From assembly GCA_021851895.1 (NCBI GenBank), contig JAJZQJ010000001.1, forward strand, positions 71,338 to 135,337: a stretch of 64,000 nt of DNA, read 5' to 3'. Position 1 is the stretch's first letter. Every line of letters begins with the position of its first letter. The translations under genes were made by a program, and so were the position numbers. Source of the DNA: a bacterium (GTDB lineage: Bacteria; Patescibacteriota; Minisyncoccia; Phycocordibacterales; UBA6899). Below the pieces are notes generated by a model that was not told the DNA's origin, ran no database searches, and worked only from the letters and a program-made list of their open reading frames with translations. Positions 9,690 to 20,593 of the stretch are shown here, in pieces.

Positions 9690-11060
9690 TTAATAATTGC
9701 GCAATTTATTGATGTTCTCGTGCTGCCTGATCTTCTCATGCGCTTTCGCCTCGATCTGCCTGATACGCTCACGTGTCACTCCAAACTCCTTACCCACTTC
9801 CTCAAGCGTATGCTGTACACCATCTTCAAGTCCATGACGCATCTCGAGGATCTTTCGCTCCTTTGGAGAGAGCTCCGCGAGTACCTCTTGGATTTGCTCC
9901 GAGAGAATGAGGCGCGAAACCTCTTGATCTGGAGAAAGTATACGTTCATCAGGTATGAATTCGCCGAGTGTTGACTTATCCTCATCATCACCGATCGGCT
10001 TTTCGAGTGAAACCGTATCTTGATCGATGTTCTGAATATTACGCACGCGCTCGACTTCGATGCCCATCTCCATGGCGATTTCCTCAGCCATTGGCTCACG
10101 GCCGAGATCCTGAGTCAAACGGCGGTGCACCTGCTTGTATTTTGCGATCGTCTCAACCATGTGTACCGGAATACGAATGGTACGCGATTGATCAGCGAGC
10201 GCACGGGTGATCGCCTGGCGAATCCACCACGTCGCGTAGGTGCTGAACTTGAATCCCTTTGACCAGTCAAATTTATCAACGGCTCGGAAGAGTCCGAGAT
10301 TACCCTCCTGAATGAGATCGAGCAAAGTAAGGTCTGGGGAACGACCGACATATTTCTTTGCGATCGAAACGACAAGACGGAGGTTTGCACGTGCAAGAAG
10401 TCCCATTGCCTCCTCATCGCCCGCAGCGATACGCTGCGCGAGCTCACGCTCATCTTTTGCAGTAAGCAATGGATACTGACCGATTTCGCGGAGATACATC
10501 TGTGTAGAATCTCCACCTGCACCCTTGCCAAGCTTTCGATTGATAAGCTCCTCATCGGTATGCACATCAAGGAGACCACCTGACTCTATGACATCAACAC
10601 CAAGGTTCGAAAGTTTCTCGTAGATATCATCAAGGAAATCGATATTGTTCTCTATGTCAGGATATGTGCGCAAAATCTCATCATACGTTACAAAGCCACG
10701 CTCCCTGCCGCGATGCACCAGCGACTGCAACTTATCCTCGAGGCCCTTTCGTGCGCGCTCGCCCGTCTTTGGTGGATTCGGTGCAAGTTTTACCTTTTCA
10801 AGCTTCGACGGCTTTGTGCTCGTCTTTGCAGTAGCCTTCTTTGCAGTGGCTTTCGACTGCACAACCTTCTTTGAGGCAGCATTCTTTGAAACAACCTTCT
10901 TGACCGCTGGCTTCTTTGCCGGTGCCTTCTTTATGACAGGCTTCTTCACCGCGACCTTTTTTGTCACGGGCTTCTTTACCACCACTTTCTTTGTGGTGAC
11001 CTTTTTCGCTGAAACAGTCTTTTTGACCGCAGCCTTAGTAGTCTTCTTTGTCGTCGGCAT
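9690..11060 (-). CDS. rpoD: Primary sigma factor RpoD with Lys/Ala-rich N-terminal tail
   Basis: [44 protein letters not shown]. Confidence 0.97.
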   Translation of the reverse strand: MPTTKKTTKAAVKKTVSAKKVTTKKVVVKKPVTKKVAVKKPVIKKAPAKKPAVKKVVSKNAASKKVVQSKATAKKATAKTSTKPSKLEKVKLAPNPPKTGERARKGLEDKLQSLVHRGRERGFVTYDEILRTYPDIENNIDFLDDIYEKLSNLGVDVIESGGLLDVHTDEELINRKLGKGAGGDSTQMYLREIGQYPLLTAKDERELAQRIAAGDEEAMGLLARANLRLVVSIAKKYVGRSPDLTLLDLIQEGNLGLFRAVDKFDWSKGFKFSTYATWWIRQAITRALADQSRTIRIPVHMVETIAKYKQVHRRLTQDLGREPMAEEIAMEMGIEVERVRNIQNIDQDTVSLEKPIGDDEDKSTLGEFIPDERILSPDQEVSRLILSEQIQEVLAELSPKERKILEMRHGLEDGVQHTLEEVGKEFGVTRERIRQIEAKAHEKIRQHENINKLRNY

Positions 11061-11139
11061 ATACTTTATAATGTGATATTAGTAAAAATGAGCGTTTCCG
11101 CAACCCTATACAGTGACACGGCCCGTGTCCTACTGTTCC

Positions 11140-12906
11140 CTACATGAGATGCGCACGTTGACGCATTCTATCTTCCACAGCGATTATTCTCGGTGCAAGA
11201 GCGCGATATTGTGCCATGTATTCTGAAGTATCCTCCTTTGCACTCTCCGCACGTGAAATCTCTCTGAAAAGTGATTCTTGTTTCTCTTTAAGCAATTCTC
11301 TTTCAACGCGATCAAGTAACTCTTCAGCAATTTCCTGCAATTTAGCGTCTTTACCATAACGACTTTCAGCGGTGATGAGCAAACGCGCTGCATCAGCCTC
11401 GCCCGGCTCGACGAAATCTATTTCGAGCTCTTTGTAGAGCTGCGCATGTCTTGCCCTTATTTCTTCATGAGCAAGCGTCGATTCTTTGTGAATCTCCTGC
11501 CACAAGAGCAAGCCGATAAGTTCATCACTCACGCGCACAAGCGTCGAGACCGCGTTCATAGATGGTGGACTCACTGGGGGTTCCACTTCGCGCTCCCGCT
11601 GCTCACTAAACGGTTCATTCTTACTGCGAAAGCGTTCGATATCCTTCCAAGCTGAATCTTCGGGTATCTCGAGCAAACGTGCGATCTCTGATATATATCG
11701 TGCACGCTTCATACTGCTCTGCATAATTGCTATGAGTGGGAAAATGTTTCGTTCCACGCGCTCCTGATTCTCATCGCGCGTCAATCGAAGCTTGCGAAGT
11801 GCATCAATGTAATAGAGTACGATATCCTTCGCATTCTCCAATACTGCGGGCCACTCTGCTTGATGCTCGAGTATGTAATCAGCCGGGTCCTTTCCTCCAG
11901 GCACCATAGCTGCACGCACGTCCATCTCTTCCCCGAGCGCAATAAGCGCACTACGGTATGACGCATTGATTCCTGCGGAGTCCGCATCGAGCAAGATGAT
12001 GACATGCTTGGTTAGCCTTTTAATGAGCTCAACCTGCTGCTTCGTCAGTGCTGTTCCTGATATTGCGATCGTATTCTCGCTTCCCGCTTGATGGGCCATG
12101 ATACAGTCCATCTGACCTTCAACGAGTATCGCAACATCAGCTTTTCGCATCGGCACTTTTGCGCGATCATACGCAAAGAGGACGCGAGATTTTTCATAGA
12201 GTTCACCCTCCGGAGAGTTGAGATACTTCGCCACGGGTGTACCATCGGGTGCCTTTTGGTCTCCCCAAACGCGGCCCGTGAATGCGATCACGCGACCCGA
12301 TGGATCCATGATCGGAAACATGATGCGACCGCGAAAAGTATCGTAATACCCGCGACCTTCGACTTTCTTGACCACACGAGAACGTTCTATTTCACTATCG
12401 GAGAATCCTTTTGATCGAAGCGCTTCATGGAGTGCACGCCACTCAAGTGGCGCAAAACCGATACGAAATTTTGCTATCGTCTCGTCAGTGAGACCTCGTC
12501 CATGAAGATACTCACGCACCTCGGGGTGCTCCACGAGATGCGCCTCGAAAAGTTTCGTCGACACTTCCATAAGTTCGATAAGGCGCTCTTTCGCTGATTT
12601 CTGCTGATCAAGTAGCGCTGAGCTTCGCTCAGGAAGCTGCACGCCCGCTCTTGCAGCGAGCAACTTCAGTGCCTCAGGAAAAGAAATGCCTTCGATCTCT
12701 TGTACGAATGTAAAGATATCACCACCCTTTGCGCAACCGAAACAATAAAATGCATCACGCGCAGGAGAAACATTAAATGATGGGCTGCGCTCCTTATGAA
12801 ACGGACAAAGCGCGCGGAAATTACTTCCTGCACGCTCCAACCTCACATATGTTCCAACTACATCGGCGATAGGTAGTCGTGCTTTTATCTGTGCGATATG
12901 GTCCAT
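11140..12906 (-). CDS. dnaG: DNA primase
   Basis: CPFHKERSPSF and CFGC zinc finger, KYLNSPE, TOPRIM EGQMD and DADSAG. Confidence 0.97.
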   Translation of the reverse strand: MDHIAQIKARLPIADVVGTYVRLERAGSNFRALCPFHKERSPSFNVSPARDAFYCFGCAKGGDIFTFVQEIEGISFPEALKLLAARAGVQLPERSSALLDQQKSAKERLIELMEVSTKLFEAHLVEHPEVREYLHGRGLTDETIAKFRIGFAPLEWRALHEALRSKGFSDSEIERSRVVKKVEGRGYYDTFRGRIMFPIMDPSGRVIAFTGRVWGDQKAPDGTPVAKYLNSPEGELYEKSRVLFAYDRAKVPMRKADVAILVEGQMDCIMAHQAGSENTIAISGTALTKQQVELIKRLTKHVIILLDADSAGINASYRSALIALGEEMDVRAAMVPGGKDPADYILEHQAEWPAVLENAKDIVLYYIDALRKLRLTRDENQERVERNIFPLIAIMQSSMKRARYISEIARLLEIPEDSAWKDIERFRSKNEPFSEQREREVEPPVSPPSMNAVSTLVRVSDELIGLLLWQEIHKESTLAHEEIRARHAQLYKELEIDFVEPGEADAARLLITAESRYGKDAKLQEIAEELLDRVERELLKEKQESLFREISRAESAKEDTSEYMAQYRALAPRIIAVEDRMRQRAHLM

Positions 12907-12909
12907 AAT

Positions 12910-13040
12910 AGTAAGAAGGAGGAAGTGAGCAGTAAGAAGGAAAGAATTAGGAAGAAGTGAGAAGGATGAAGATAATCAAATGGGTATTTGTGCATCGCAT
13001 CAACCTTCTTACTTCTTACTTCTTACTTCTTACTATTTCC
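12910..13040. repeat. Inverted heptamer arrays (AGTAAGA / TTCTTAC) between rpoC and dnaG
   Basis: Four perfect TTCTTAC copies at 13006-13033 facing a degenerate purine-rich arm at 12910-12971. Confidence 0.8.
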
Positions 13041-13107
13041 CTACTCGCGCATACGCACAAGAATGATCTTATGCGTATAACGAAGAGAGAAACCAAAATC
13101 TATAGAT

Positions 13108-16100
13108 CTAGAGTGCCTCTTCAGCCTTAACCTCTTCTTGCTCTGCCGGCTCGATCTCATTTGACCAGAATCCGGTACCTGCAGGAATAAGACGGCCGAG
13201 GATGACATTCTCCTTGAGCCCACGAAGATGATCCGTTGCACCCTCGACTGCGGCCTGTATGAGGACGCGTGAGGTACTCTGGAACGATGCCGCAGAGAGG
13301 AATGACTCCTTGGTAAGTGCGATATCAGTGATACCGAGCACGATACGCTCTGCAACTGCTGGCTCTCCACCCTTTGCGATGACCGCGTTGTTCTCATCCA
13401 CGAGCTCTGCCTCTTCGACAGTGTCGCTTGGAGAGAATCGCGTATCGCCAGGATTGCGCACGCGCATGCGAGAGAACATCTGGCGCACCATGATCTCGAG
13501 GTGCTTACGTGAAGTAGACACACCCTGGGTCTCATAGATACGATTGATCTCTGAGATGATGTAGCGCTCTGCTGCCATCTTGCCACCGTACTTGAACAGT
13601 GTCTCGATGTCCGCGTAACCGTCGGTCATGATCTGACCTGCGACAACAGTATCGCCAACCTTCACCTTTGGCTGACGGCGATAAGAGACGGAGTGCTCAG
13701 CTTCATTCTTACCCTTCTTGCCACCCTCACCAACGACAACGATCACGAGGTCTTCCTTGTCACCACGACGGATCTCAGCAACGACACCATCGAATTTCGC
13801 GACGGCAGCCTCTGCTTTTGGCGTCTGACGCTCAAAGACGTCCTCGACACGTGGGAGACCCATGGTGATGTCTTCTCCGACTGCTCCTCCGGCATGGAAG
13901 GTACGCATCGTAAGCTGCGTTCCTGGCTCACCGATAGCCTGAGCGGCAACGATACCCACCGTCTCTCCGAGGGCGACAAGTCGTCCGCGACCGAGGTCCA
14001 TACCGTAACACTGCTGACATACTCCACGAAGCACCTTACAAGTGAGTGGAGAGCGAACATTCGCGGAGAGTACACCCGCCTTATCTGCGGCGATAGCCTC
14101 ATCGCGCCCAAGGAGCGTACCCTTCTTGAACACGACGGTTCCATCTGGGGTAACGATATCCTTGGCGGCAACACGGCCGCGCAAAAGGCGAGAAAGTGGA
14201 ATCTCGATACCGCCTGCGTTCTCCTTCGAGAGTGCAATGCCAGAGCGATCGCCACAATCAGCCTCAGAGACGATGAAATCCTGTGCGACATCGACGAGAC
14301 GTCGAGTAAGGTAACCTGCTTTCGCGGTATTAAGCGCGGTATCGGTCATACCCTTACGTGAACCGTGCGTAGAGAGGAAGTACTCGAGTGGAGTAAGCCC
14401 CTCCTTCAGCGATGGGATCATTGGGAAGTCGATGATGCGTCCTGAAGGACCCTGGGTGAGTCCCTTCATACCAACCATCTTCGTCACCTGTCCAATCGAA
14501 CCACGAGCACCAGAAGTGATCATGTCGACGACTGGACCGTCCTTTGGAAGTCCTGCAGGGACGACGCGCTGGATAGCATTTTCGACTTCACGCCAAATCG
14601 CAATCACACCATCATACTTCTCCTCAGTTGAGAGAAGACCCTCGTTGTACTGTTCGAAAATGACTTGCTCATTACGATATGCCTCAGCAAGGATGGCATC
14701 CTTCTCTGGTGGGACATTGACGTCAGAGAGTGACCAGGTAATACCTGACTTCGTGACGTACTTATATCCGAACGCCTTCACCTTATCGAGCACATCTGGT
14801 GTCGCGTCGACACCATACTTCGTGAGAAGATCGTCGACGAGATTCGAGAGATCCTTCTTGGTGATCTCCTTGTTGATATAAGGAAAATCCTTTGGAAGCA
14901 CTGAGTTGAAGAGCAGGCGGCCTGCGGTCGTCTCGAATGGCTTACCACCGAACATTGCATACTTAGGACTCGATGATGGCATCACCACGATCTTCGCACG
15001 GAATCCAACGATGTTGAAGTCGTATGCAGTGATCGCTGAATTTGGTGATGGGAAGATCTTCCCTTCACCCTTATCGCCATTGATGATCTTTGTCATCCAA
15101 TAGCAACCGAGGACGATGTCCTGTGATGGATTCACCACTGGATCACCTGAACCTGGCTTCAAGAGATTCTTGTTCGACGCCATGAGCTCACGTGCCTCCG
15201 CCTGAGCCTCATCGGAAAGCGGAACGTGCACGGCCATTTGGTCTCCGTCGAAGTCAGCGTTGAAGGCTGGCGTCACGAGCGGATGCACCTGAATAGCATT
15301 TCCCTCAATAAGTATTGGCTGGAATGCCTGAATACCAAGACGATGGAGCGTTGGTGCACGATTCAAGAGAACATACTTTCCCTTGATCACCTCTTCGAGA
15401 TTTGCCCACACCTCCGGAATACCATCATCGATGAGACGATTTGCACCACGGATGTTGAATGCGAGCCCCTGCTCGATAAGCTTCGCGATCACGAACGGAC
15501 GGAAGAGCTCGAGCGCCATGTGCTTTGGAAGTCCACACTGGTGGAGCTTGAGATCTGGACCAACGACGATGACTGAACGGCCAGAGTAGTCGACACGCTT
15601 TCCAAGGAGATTCTGACGGAAGAGACCGCCCTTACCCTTCAACATGTCTGCAAGACTCTTGAGCTCACGCTTGCGCGCTGGGCTTGCTGCCTGGCTCGCA
15701 GTCGAGTGACGGATCGAGTTGTCGATAAGTGCATCGACAGCCTCCTGGAGAATACGCTTCTCGTTGCGGAGAATGACTTCTGGAGCATCGATCTCAAGAA
15801 GCTTCTTGAGACGATTATTACGATTGATGACGCGACGATAAAGATCGTTCACATCACTCGTCGCATGACGGCCTCCCTCAAGTGCGACCATTGGTCGTAC
15901 TCCTGGAGGAATCACCGGAAGCACCGTAAGGAACATCCACTCTGGGCGTACCCCTGAGCGAAGCATTGCCTTGATAAGCGAAAGACGCTTATAGAGCTTC
16001 GGACGGTCAGTTGCATTTGCCTTCTCGAGACGCTCTTCTACCGCCTTCTTGTAATCAGCGATATTCATCTTCTTGAAGAGCTCGTAGATCGCTTCTGCAC

Positions 16101-16737
16101 CGATCGCTGCTTCAAATGCTGATGAATATTTGAGGGAATACTTATGATAAGTCAATTCGTCCATGACGAGACCTATTGCAAGTGATTCGATCTCTTTCTT
16201 TGCTGCAGTGAGTGCCTCCTTGATACGATCCTTCGCGCGCTGGTCTGTAAGACTCTTCACGCGTGACTTATATTCACGATCAAGCTCGTCGAGCAAGCCC
16301 TTCTTTTGCTCCTCTGATACCGAAGTGATCATGTAGGCAGCGAAGTAAATAACACGCTCGATATCTGCCATCGGAGTGTTCAGCAAGAGACCGATACGGC
16401 TTGGCACACCGCGCAGAAACCAAATATGGGAAACTGGTGCTGCGAGCTCGATATGACCCATACGCTCACGGCGCACGACAGAACGAGTGATCTCAACTCC
16501 ACACTTCTCACAGACGATACCACGGTAGCGAATACCCTTATACTTCCCGCAGTAACACTCGAAATCCTTCTCAGGACCGAAGATGCGCTCGTCGAAGAGA
16601 CCTCCGCGCTCTGAGCGCTGGGTACGGTAATTGATGGTCTCTGGCTTGGTTACCTCACCATAGGACCACGCACGCATCACTTCTGGTGAAGCGAGCGCCA
16701 TGGTCATCGCATTGAAATCGTTTTGTGGTTCTTTCAT
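13108..16737 (-). CDS. rpoC: RNA polymerase beta' subunit
   Basis: NADFDGD catalytic motif, N-terminal Zn finger, GKRVDYSGRSVI. Confidence 0.99.
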   Translation of the reverse strand: MKEPQNDFNAMTMALASPEVMRAWSYGEVTKPETINYRTQRSERGGLFDERIFGPEKDFECYCGKYKGIRYRGIVCEKCGVEITRSVVRRERMGHIELAAPVSHIWFLRGVPSRIGLLLNTPMADIERVIYFAAYMITSVSEEQKKGLLDELDREYKSRVKSLTDQRAKDRIKEALTAAKKEIESLAIGLVMDELTYHKYSLKYSSAFEAAIGAEAIYELFKKMNIADYKKAVEERLEKANATDRPKLYKRLSLIKAMLRSGVRPEWMFLTVLPVIPPGVRPMVALEGGRHATSDVNDLYRRVINRNNRLKKLLEIDAPEVILRNEKRILQEAVDALIDNSIRHSTASQAASPARKRELKSLADMLKGKGGLFRQNLLGKRVDYSGRSVIVVGPDLKLHQCGLPKHMALELFRPFVIAKLIEQGLAFNIRGANRLIDDGIPEVWANLEEVIKGKYVLLNRAPTLHRLGIQAFQPILIEGNAIQVHPLVTPAFNADFDGDQMAVHVPLSDEAQAEARELMASNKNLLKPGSGDPVVNPSQDIVLGCYWMTKIINGDKGEGKIFPSPNSAITAYDFNIVGFRAKIVVMPSSSPKYAMFGGKPFETTAGRLLFNSVLPKDFPYINKEITKKDLSNLVDDLLTKYGVDATPDVLDKVKAFGYKYVTKSGITWSLSDVNVPPEKDAILAEAYRNEQVIFEQYNEGLLSTEEKYDGVIAIWREVENAIQRVVPAGLPKDGPVVDMITSGARGSIGQVTKMVGMKGLTQGPSGRIIDFPMIPSLKEGLTPLEYFLSTHGSRKGMTDTALNTAKAGYLTRRLVDVAQDFIVSEADCGDRSGIALSKENAGGIEIPLSRLLRGRVAAKDIVTPDGTVVFKKGTLLGRDEAIAADKAGVLSANVRSPLTCKVLRGVCQQCYGMDLGRGRLVALGETVGIVAAQAIGEPGTQLTMRTFHAGGAVGEDITMGLPRVEDVFERQTPKAEAAVAKFDGVVAEIRRGDKEDLVIVVVGEGGKKGKNEAEHSVSYRRQPKVKVGDTVVAGQIMTDGYADIETLFKYGGKMAAERYIISEINRIYETQGVSTSRKHLEIMVRQMFSRMRVRNPGDTRFSPSDTVEEAELVDENNAVIAKGGEPAVAERIVLGITDIALTKESFLSAASFQSTSRVLIQAAVEGATDHLRGLKENVILGRLIPAGTGFWSNEIEPAEQEEVKAEEAL

Positions 16738-16757
16738 ATATATGCTGATGAGGGTAA

Positions 16758-19700
16758 TTAATTATTCTGCGTATCTGAAGCCGCTAACGATGGAGCGCGA
16801 TAGATCGTCTCTTCATCTCCAACGCGCTGCTTGAGCTGCACATCGAGCGCGAGACCACGCAATGTCGCAAGGAGGACATGGAAGGTTGCGGGCAAGCCCG
16901 GCTCCTTGATCTCCTTACCGCGGACGATCGAATCAAATACTGCTGAACGTCCGAGAATATCGTCAGACTTATAGGTGAGCATTTCTCGGAGGATATGCGC
17001 TGCGCCGTATCCCTGGAGTGCCCACACTTCCATCTCTCCAAAACGCTGACCACCTCCCTGCGCACGTCCACCAAGTGGCTGCTGCGTGATGAGTGAGTAT
17101 GGTCCAATTGAGCGCATGTGGATCTTGTCTTCAACCATGTGGTGAAGCTTCAAAATATACATGTAACCGACAGAGACTGGTTGTTCGAAATACTCACCAG
17201 TGCGACCGTCGCGAAGCATCTGCTTACCATCCTCGCGGAAGCCTGCTTTCTTGAGCTCTTCGCGAATCTCCTCTTCTTGAACACCGAGGAATGATGGCGT
17301 AATTGCCTGGTATCCGAGCTTCTTTGCTGCCATACCAAGATGGAGCTCAAAGATCTGTCCGAGGTTCATACGTGATGGGACACCAAGTGGAGTGAGGATC
17401 ACATCTACAGGACGACCATCATCCATGTATGGCATTTCTTCCTGTGGAAGGATCTTGGAGATGACACCCTTGTTTCCGTGACGACCGGCAAGCTTGTCAC
17501 CGACCGAGATGTTGCGCAACTGTGCAACCTCGATATAGATGCGCTTGATGACGCCACTCTCGAGTGCATCACCCTTTTCGCGAGAAAAGACCTTCACGCC
17601 AATGACGCGACCGCGCTTGCCGTGTTCCATGCGAAGAGACGTATCCTTCACATCGCGCGCCTTCTCACCGAAGATCGAACGAAGCAAGCGCTCCTCTGGA
17701 GTAAGCAATGCCTCACCCTTTGGTGTGATCTTACCAACGAGTATGTCGCCAGAGCGCACTTCGGCACCGATGCGAACGATACCCTCGTGATCCAAGTCTT
17801 TCAACTTTGCCTCACCGACGTTTGGAATATCTGGCGTCGTTGACTCTGGTCCAAGTTTCGTGTCGCGTACGTTCACGATGAACTTCTCGATATGTATAGA
17901 GGTAAGGTACTGCTCACGTACGAGTCGCTCATTCAAAATGATAGCGTCTTCGTAGTTGCTTCCACCCCAACTCATGAATGCGACCATAAGGTTCTGTCCA
18001 AGTGCCATCTCTCCCTTATCTGAAGTTGAAGTATCTGCAAGCACGTCACCCTTCTTTACCTTGTCACCAACAGAAACGATCGGTCGCTGATGGAAACAAC
18101 CAGCATCGTTGGTCATAAGGAAATTCATGAGTGGGAAATCCACCTCATTACCCTTACTGTCCTTCAATACGATATGACGAGCGTCAACAGCCTTGATCGT
18201 ACCATCGCGATCCGCGAGAACAACACGACCGGAGTCGCGTGCGATACGTCCCTCAATACCCGTAGCAACGATAGGTGCTTCCGGAGCAATGAGTGGAGTT
18301 GCCTGCTTCTGCATGTTCGAACCCATGAGTGCACGGTTCGCATCATTGTGCTCGAGGAATGGAATTGATGATGTTGCCACTGAGAATGCCTGGTTCGTAG
18401 AAACATCGATGAAATCAACCTGCTTCGAATCAACGATTGACGGGATACCCGCGACACGTGCCTCGATTCGACTTGCAGTGATCTTGCCTGACGCGTCATA
18501 TGGAACTGCGGCATGAGCGATCGTCACGCGCTCTTCCTCGAGTGCGTTCATATAGACGATCTCATTGGTGATCTTACCCTTTACGACACGTGCATATGGA
18601 GTTTCGATGACACCGAACTCATTCGTACGAGCGTACGTTGAGAAGCGGAGCACGAGACCGATGTTCTGACCTTCTGGGGTATGCACTGGACAGAGACGTC
18701 CGTAGTGTGATGAGTGCACGTCACGTACTTCAAGTCCGGCACGCTCCTTGGTGAGACCACCAGGACCCATGGCTGAACAGGTACGGAGCTGCTCCACCTC
18801 GTCGAGGATGTTTGCCTGACCCAAGAGCTGTGAAAGCTGGTTGGTCGTGAAGAACTCCTTGAGACGAGCCTGGAGTGGGCGTGGAGAAACGAAATTGACA
18901 GGAAGCGTCGTATCGCTCTCGGCGGTCGACATGCGATCCTGAATATTGCGCTTCATCTGTGTCATACCAACGCGAAGCTTCTGAAGAAGCATCTCTCCGA
19001 CATATCGGACACGGCGACTACCGAGGTGATCGATATCGTCTTCTCGTGCATTTGGAGTGTGATTCAACTCAGCAACATGGGAGATCGTAAGAACGAGATC
19101 CTCGATCGTAAGGAGGCGCTGCGCGGTTGCCTTATCATCCATAGGAAGATTGAAGCGCTTATTGAAGCGGAAGCGACCGACCGTCGAGAGGTCATAACGC
19201 TCACGCTGAAAGAGCGCACTGATGAGCTCAGCAGCGTTGGTTGTGGTCGTGACATCACCATCACGGATCTTGCGATAGATCTCGACGTATGAATCCTCGA
19301 CGTTCTTTGCAGGATCCTTGGCGAGCGTCTTCTCGATAGCACGCTTCGCATCAGGATTTCCCTTAAAGAGATCGATGAGCTGTTCGTCATTCTTCGTATT
19401 CGCAAAGATGCGCAACAAAGCCGTCACTGGGAACTTACGCTTGCGGTCGATCTTCGCCCAAACGACTTCATCTGCGTCGGTTTCGAGCTCTATCCATGCA
19501 CCACGTGATGGAATGATCTTCGCACCGAAGAAACGGCCTGTCTTGAGCTCCTGCGCAGTAAAGAAGATACCGTATGAACGTGCGAGCTGAGGAACGACTA
19601 CACGCTCCACGCCGTTAACGATAAAGGTACCGCGGACGGTCATCACGGGGAAATCCGCCATGAAGATCTCCTGCGTCTTCTCGATGCCGAGCTGCTTGTT

Positions 19701-19979
19701 CGAGAGCTTCACCTCTGCACGAAGTGGGGTCTCGAGAGAGATCTTGTTCTCACGTGCGTAGTGCTCGTCAAAGCGAGGGGGCAAGAGTTCGAATCCCGTG
19801 AATTCGAGATCGAACTTCTTCTTCGAATAATCCTGTATCGGACTGAACTCCGCGAAGACCTCCTTGAGACCTTCAGTGATCAGCCACTGATACGATTCTT
19901 TTTGTGCCGCAACCAGATCTGGTGCTTCGACCAGCGGCGCGCGATACAAACCGAAATGCTTCTTATTCAACTTCTCCAT
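16758..19979 (-). CDS. rpoB: RNA polymerase beta subunit
   Basis: GDKLAGRHGNKG, GGQRFGEME, TPEGQNIGL. Confidence 0.99.
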   Translation of the reverse strand: MEKLNKKHFGLYRAPLVEAPDLVAAQKESYQWLITEGLKEVFAEFSPIQDYSKKKFDLEFTGFELLPPRFDEHYARENKISLETPLRAEVKLSNKQLGIEKTQEIFMADFPVMTVRGTFIVNGVERVVVPQLARSYGIFFTAQELKTGRFFGAKIIPSRGAWIELETDADEVVWAKIDRKRKFPVTALLRIFANTKNDEQLIDLFKGNPDAKRAIEKTLAKDPAKNVEDSYVEIYRKIRDGDVTTTTNAAELISALFQRERYDLSTVGRFRFNKRFNLPMDDKATAQRLLTIEDLVLTISHVAELNHTPNAREDDIDHLGSRRVRYVGEMLLQKLRVGMTQMKRNIQDRMSTAESDTTLPVNFVSPRPLQARLKEFFTTNQLSQLLGQANILDEVEQLRTCSAMGPGGLTKERAGLEVRDVHSSHYGRLCPVHTPEGQNIGLVLRFSTYARTNEFGVIETPYARVVKGKITNEIVYMNALEEERVTIAHAAVPYDASGKITASRIEARVAGIPSIVDSKQVDFIDVSTNQAFSVATSSIPFLEHNDANRALMGSNMQKQATPLIAPEAPIVATGIEGRIARDSGRVVLADRDGTIKAVDARHIVLKDSKGNEVDFPLMNFLMTNDAGCFHQRPIVSVGDKVKKGDVLADTSTSDKGEMALGQNLMVAFMSWGGSNYEDAIILNERLVREQYLTSIHIEKFIVNVRDTKLGPESTTPDIPNVGEAKLKDLDHEGIVRIGAEVRSGDILVGKITPKGEALLTPEERLLRSIFGEKARDVKDTSLRMEHGKRGRVIGVKVFSREKGDALESGVIKRIYIEVAQLRNISVGDKLAGRHGNKGVISKILPQEEMPYMDDGRPVDVILTPLGVPSRMNLGQIFELHLGMAAKKLGYQAITPSFLGVQEEEIREELKKAGFREDGKQMLRDGRTGEYFEQPVSVGYMYILKLHHMVEDKIHMRSIGPYSLITQQPLGGRAQGGGQRFGEMEVWALQGYGAAHILREMLTYKSDDILGRSAVFDSIVRGKEIKEPGLPATFHVLLATLRGLALDVQLKQRVGDEETIYRAPSLAASDTQNN

Positions 19980-20026
19980 ATATAGAGTGTGGTATAGGAA
20001 TACAGTGATTAATAAGAGCTCGACGA

Positions 20027-20135
20027 ATCAGCATAAGTAATCGGTAAGCAGTAATCAGTAATCAGGGCAAATGCACGAACAGTATTCAGCGCATCTAGCC
20101 TGATTACTGTTTACTGATTACTGTTCACTAACTAC
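20027..20135. repeat. Inverted heptamer arrays (GTAATCA / TGATTAC) in the rpoB leader
   Basis: gtaatcg gtaagca gtaatca gtaatca ... tgattac tgtttac tgattac tgttcac. Confidence 0.8.
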
Positions 20136-20285
20136 GAGAACATGACGAAAAAATACCTGAGAGCAAAAAGCCCCTCCAGGTCTCAGTTCAATACGTTCTT
20201 TGTTATGCTGAGTTCTTCAAAGCGTGGATTATACTCAACCAACCAACACCTCCAGCAAGTACTCATTCACGAGGATATGCAAGGC

Positions 20286-20315
20286 ATTATAACGCCTCGT
20301 CCACAGGTTTGTCAA
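20286..20315 (-). promoter_or_regulatory. sigma70 promoter of rpoBC giving a ~300-nt leader
   Basis: Minus strand TTGACA-18-TATAAT. Confidence 0.75.
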
Positions 20316-20333
20316 GCAAATATATTGACATTC

Positions 20334-20365
20334 TGGGGATAAACGCTAGGAAAACTTGTGGATAA
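20334..20365. promoter_or_regulatory. DnaA-box-like sites upstream of the rpoB promoter
   Basis: Perfect TGTGGATAA at 20357-20365; TGGGGATAA at 20334-20342. Confidence 0.45.
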
Positions 20366-20480
20366 TGTGTAGTGAATGGCATAACACACTTATATGGCCT
20401 CATTACTACATATATTTATACTGCCCACAACAAAACCCGCAAGCTGTTGCGAGTTTTGTTAAGTTCTAGTTAAACTTTAG

Positions 20481-20586
20481 ATTTTTGATGCAGGTTGCTT
20501 CGCTGGAGCACCCTGAACTCTAGCAAGCCGTATGTGCTATACGGTGAGCGAGTCGGGGTGTGAAGTGAGGCAAGATGCGCAAAAAT
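20481..20586. repeat. Imperfect palindromic element (family copy 3) downstream of lepA
   Basis: atttttg...caaaaat ends; ggttgcttcgctggagc / gtgaagtgaggcaa; apical ccgtat-gtgct-atacgg. Confidence 0.72.
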
Positions 20587-20593
20587 ATGAAGT

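Noticed and set aside
20330-20480. Replication origin
   Set aside because: Too few DnaA boxes, and no dnaA/dnaN nearby.
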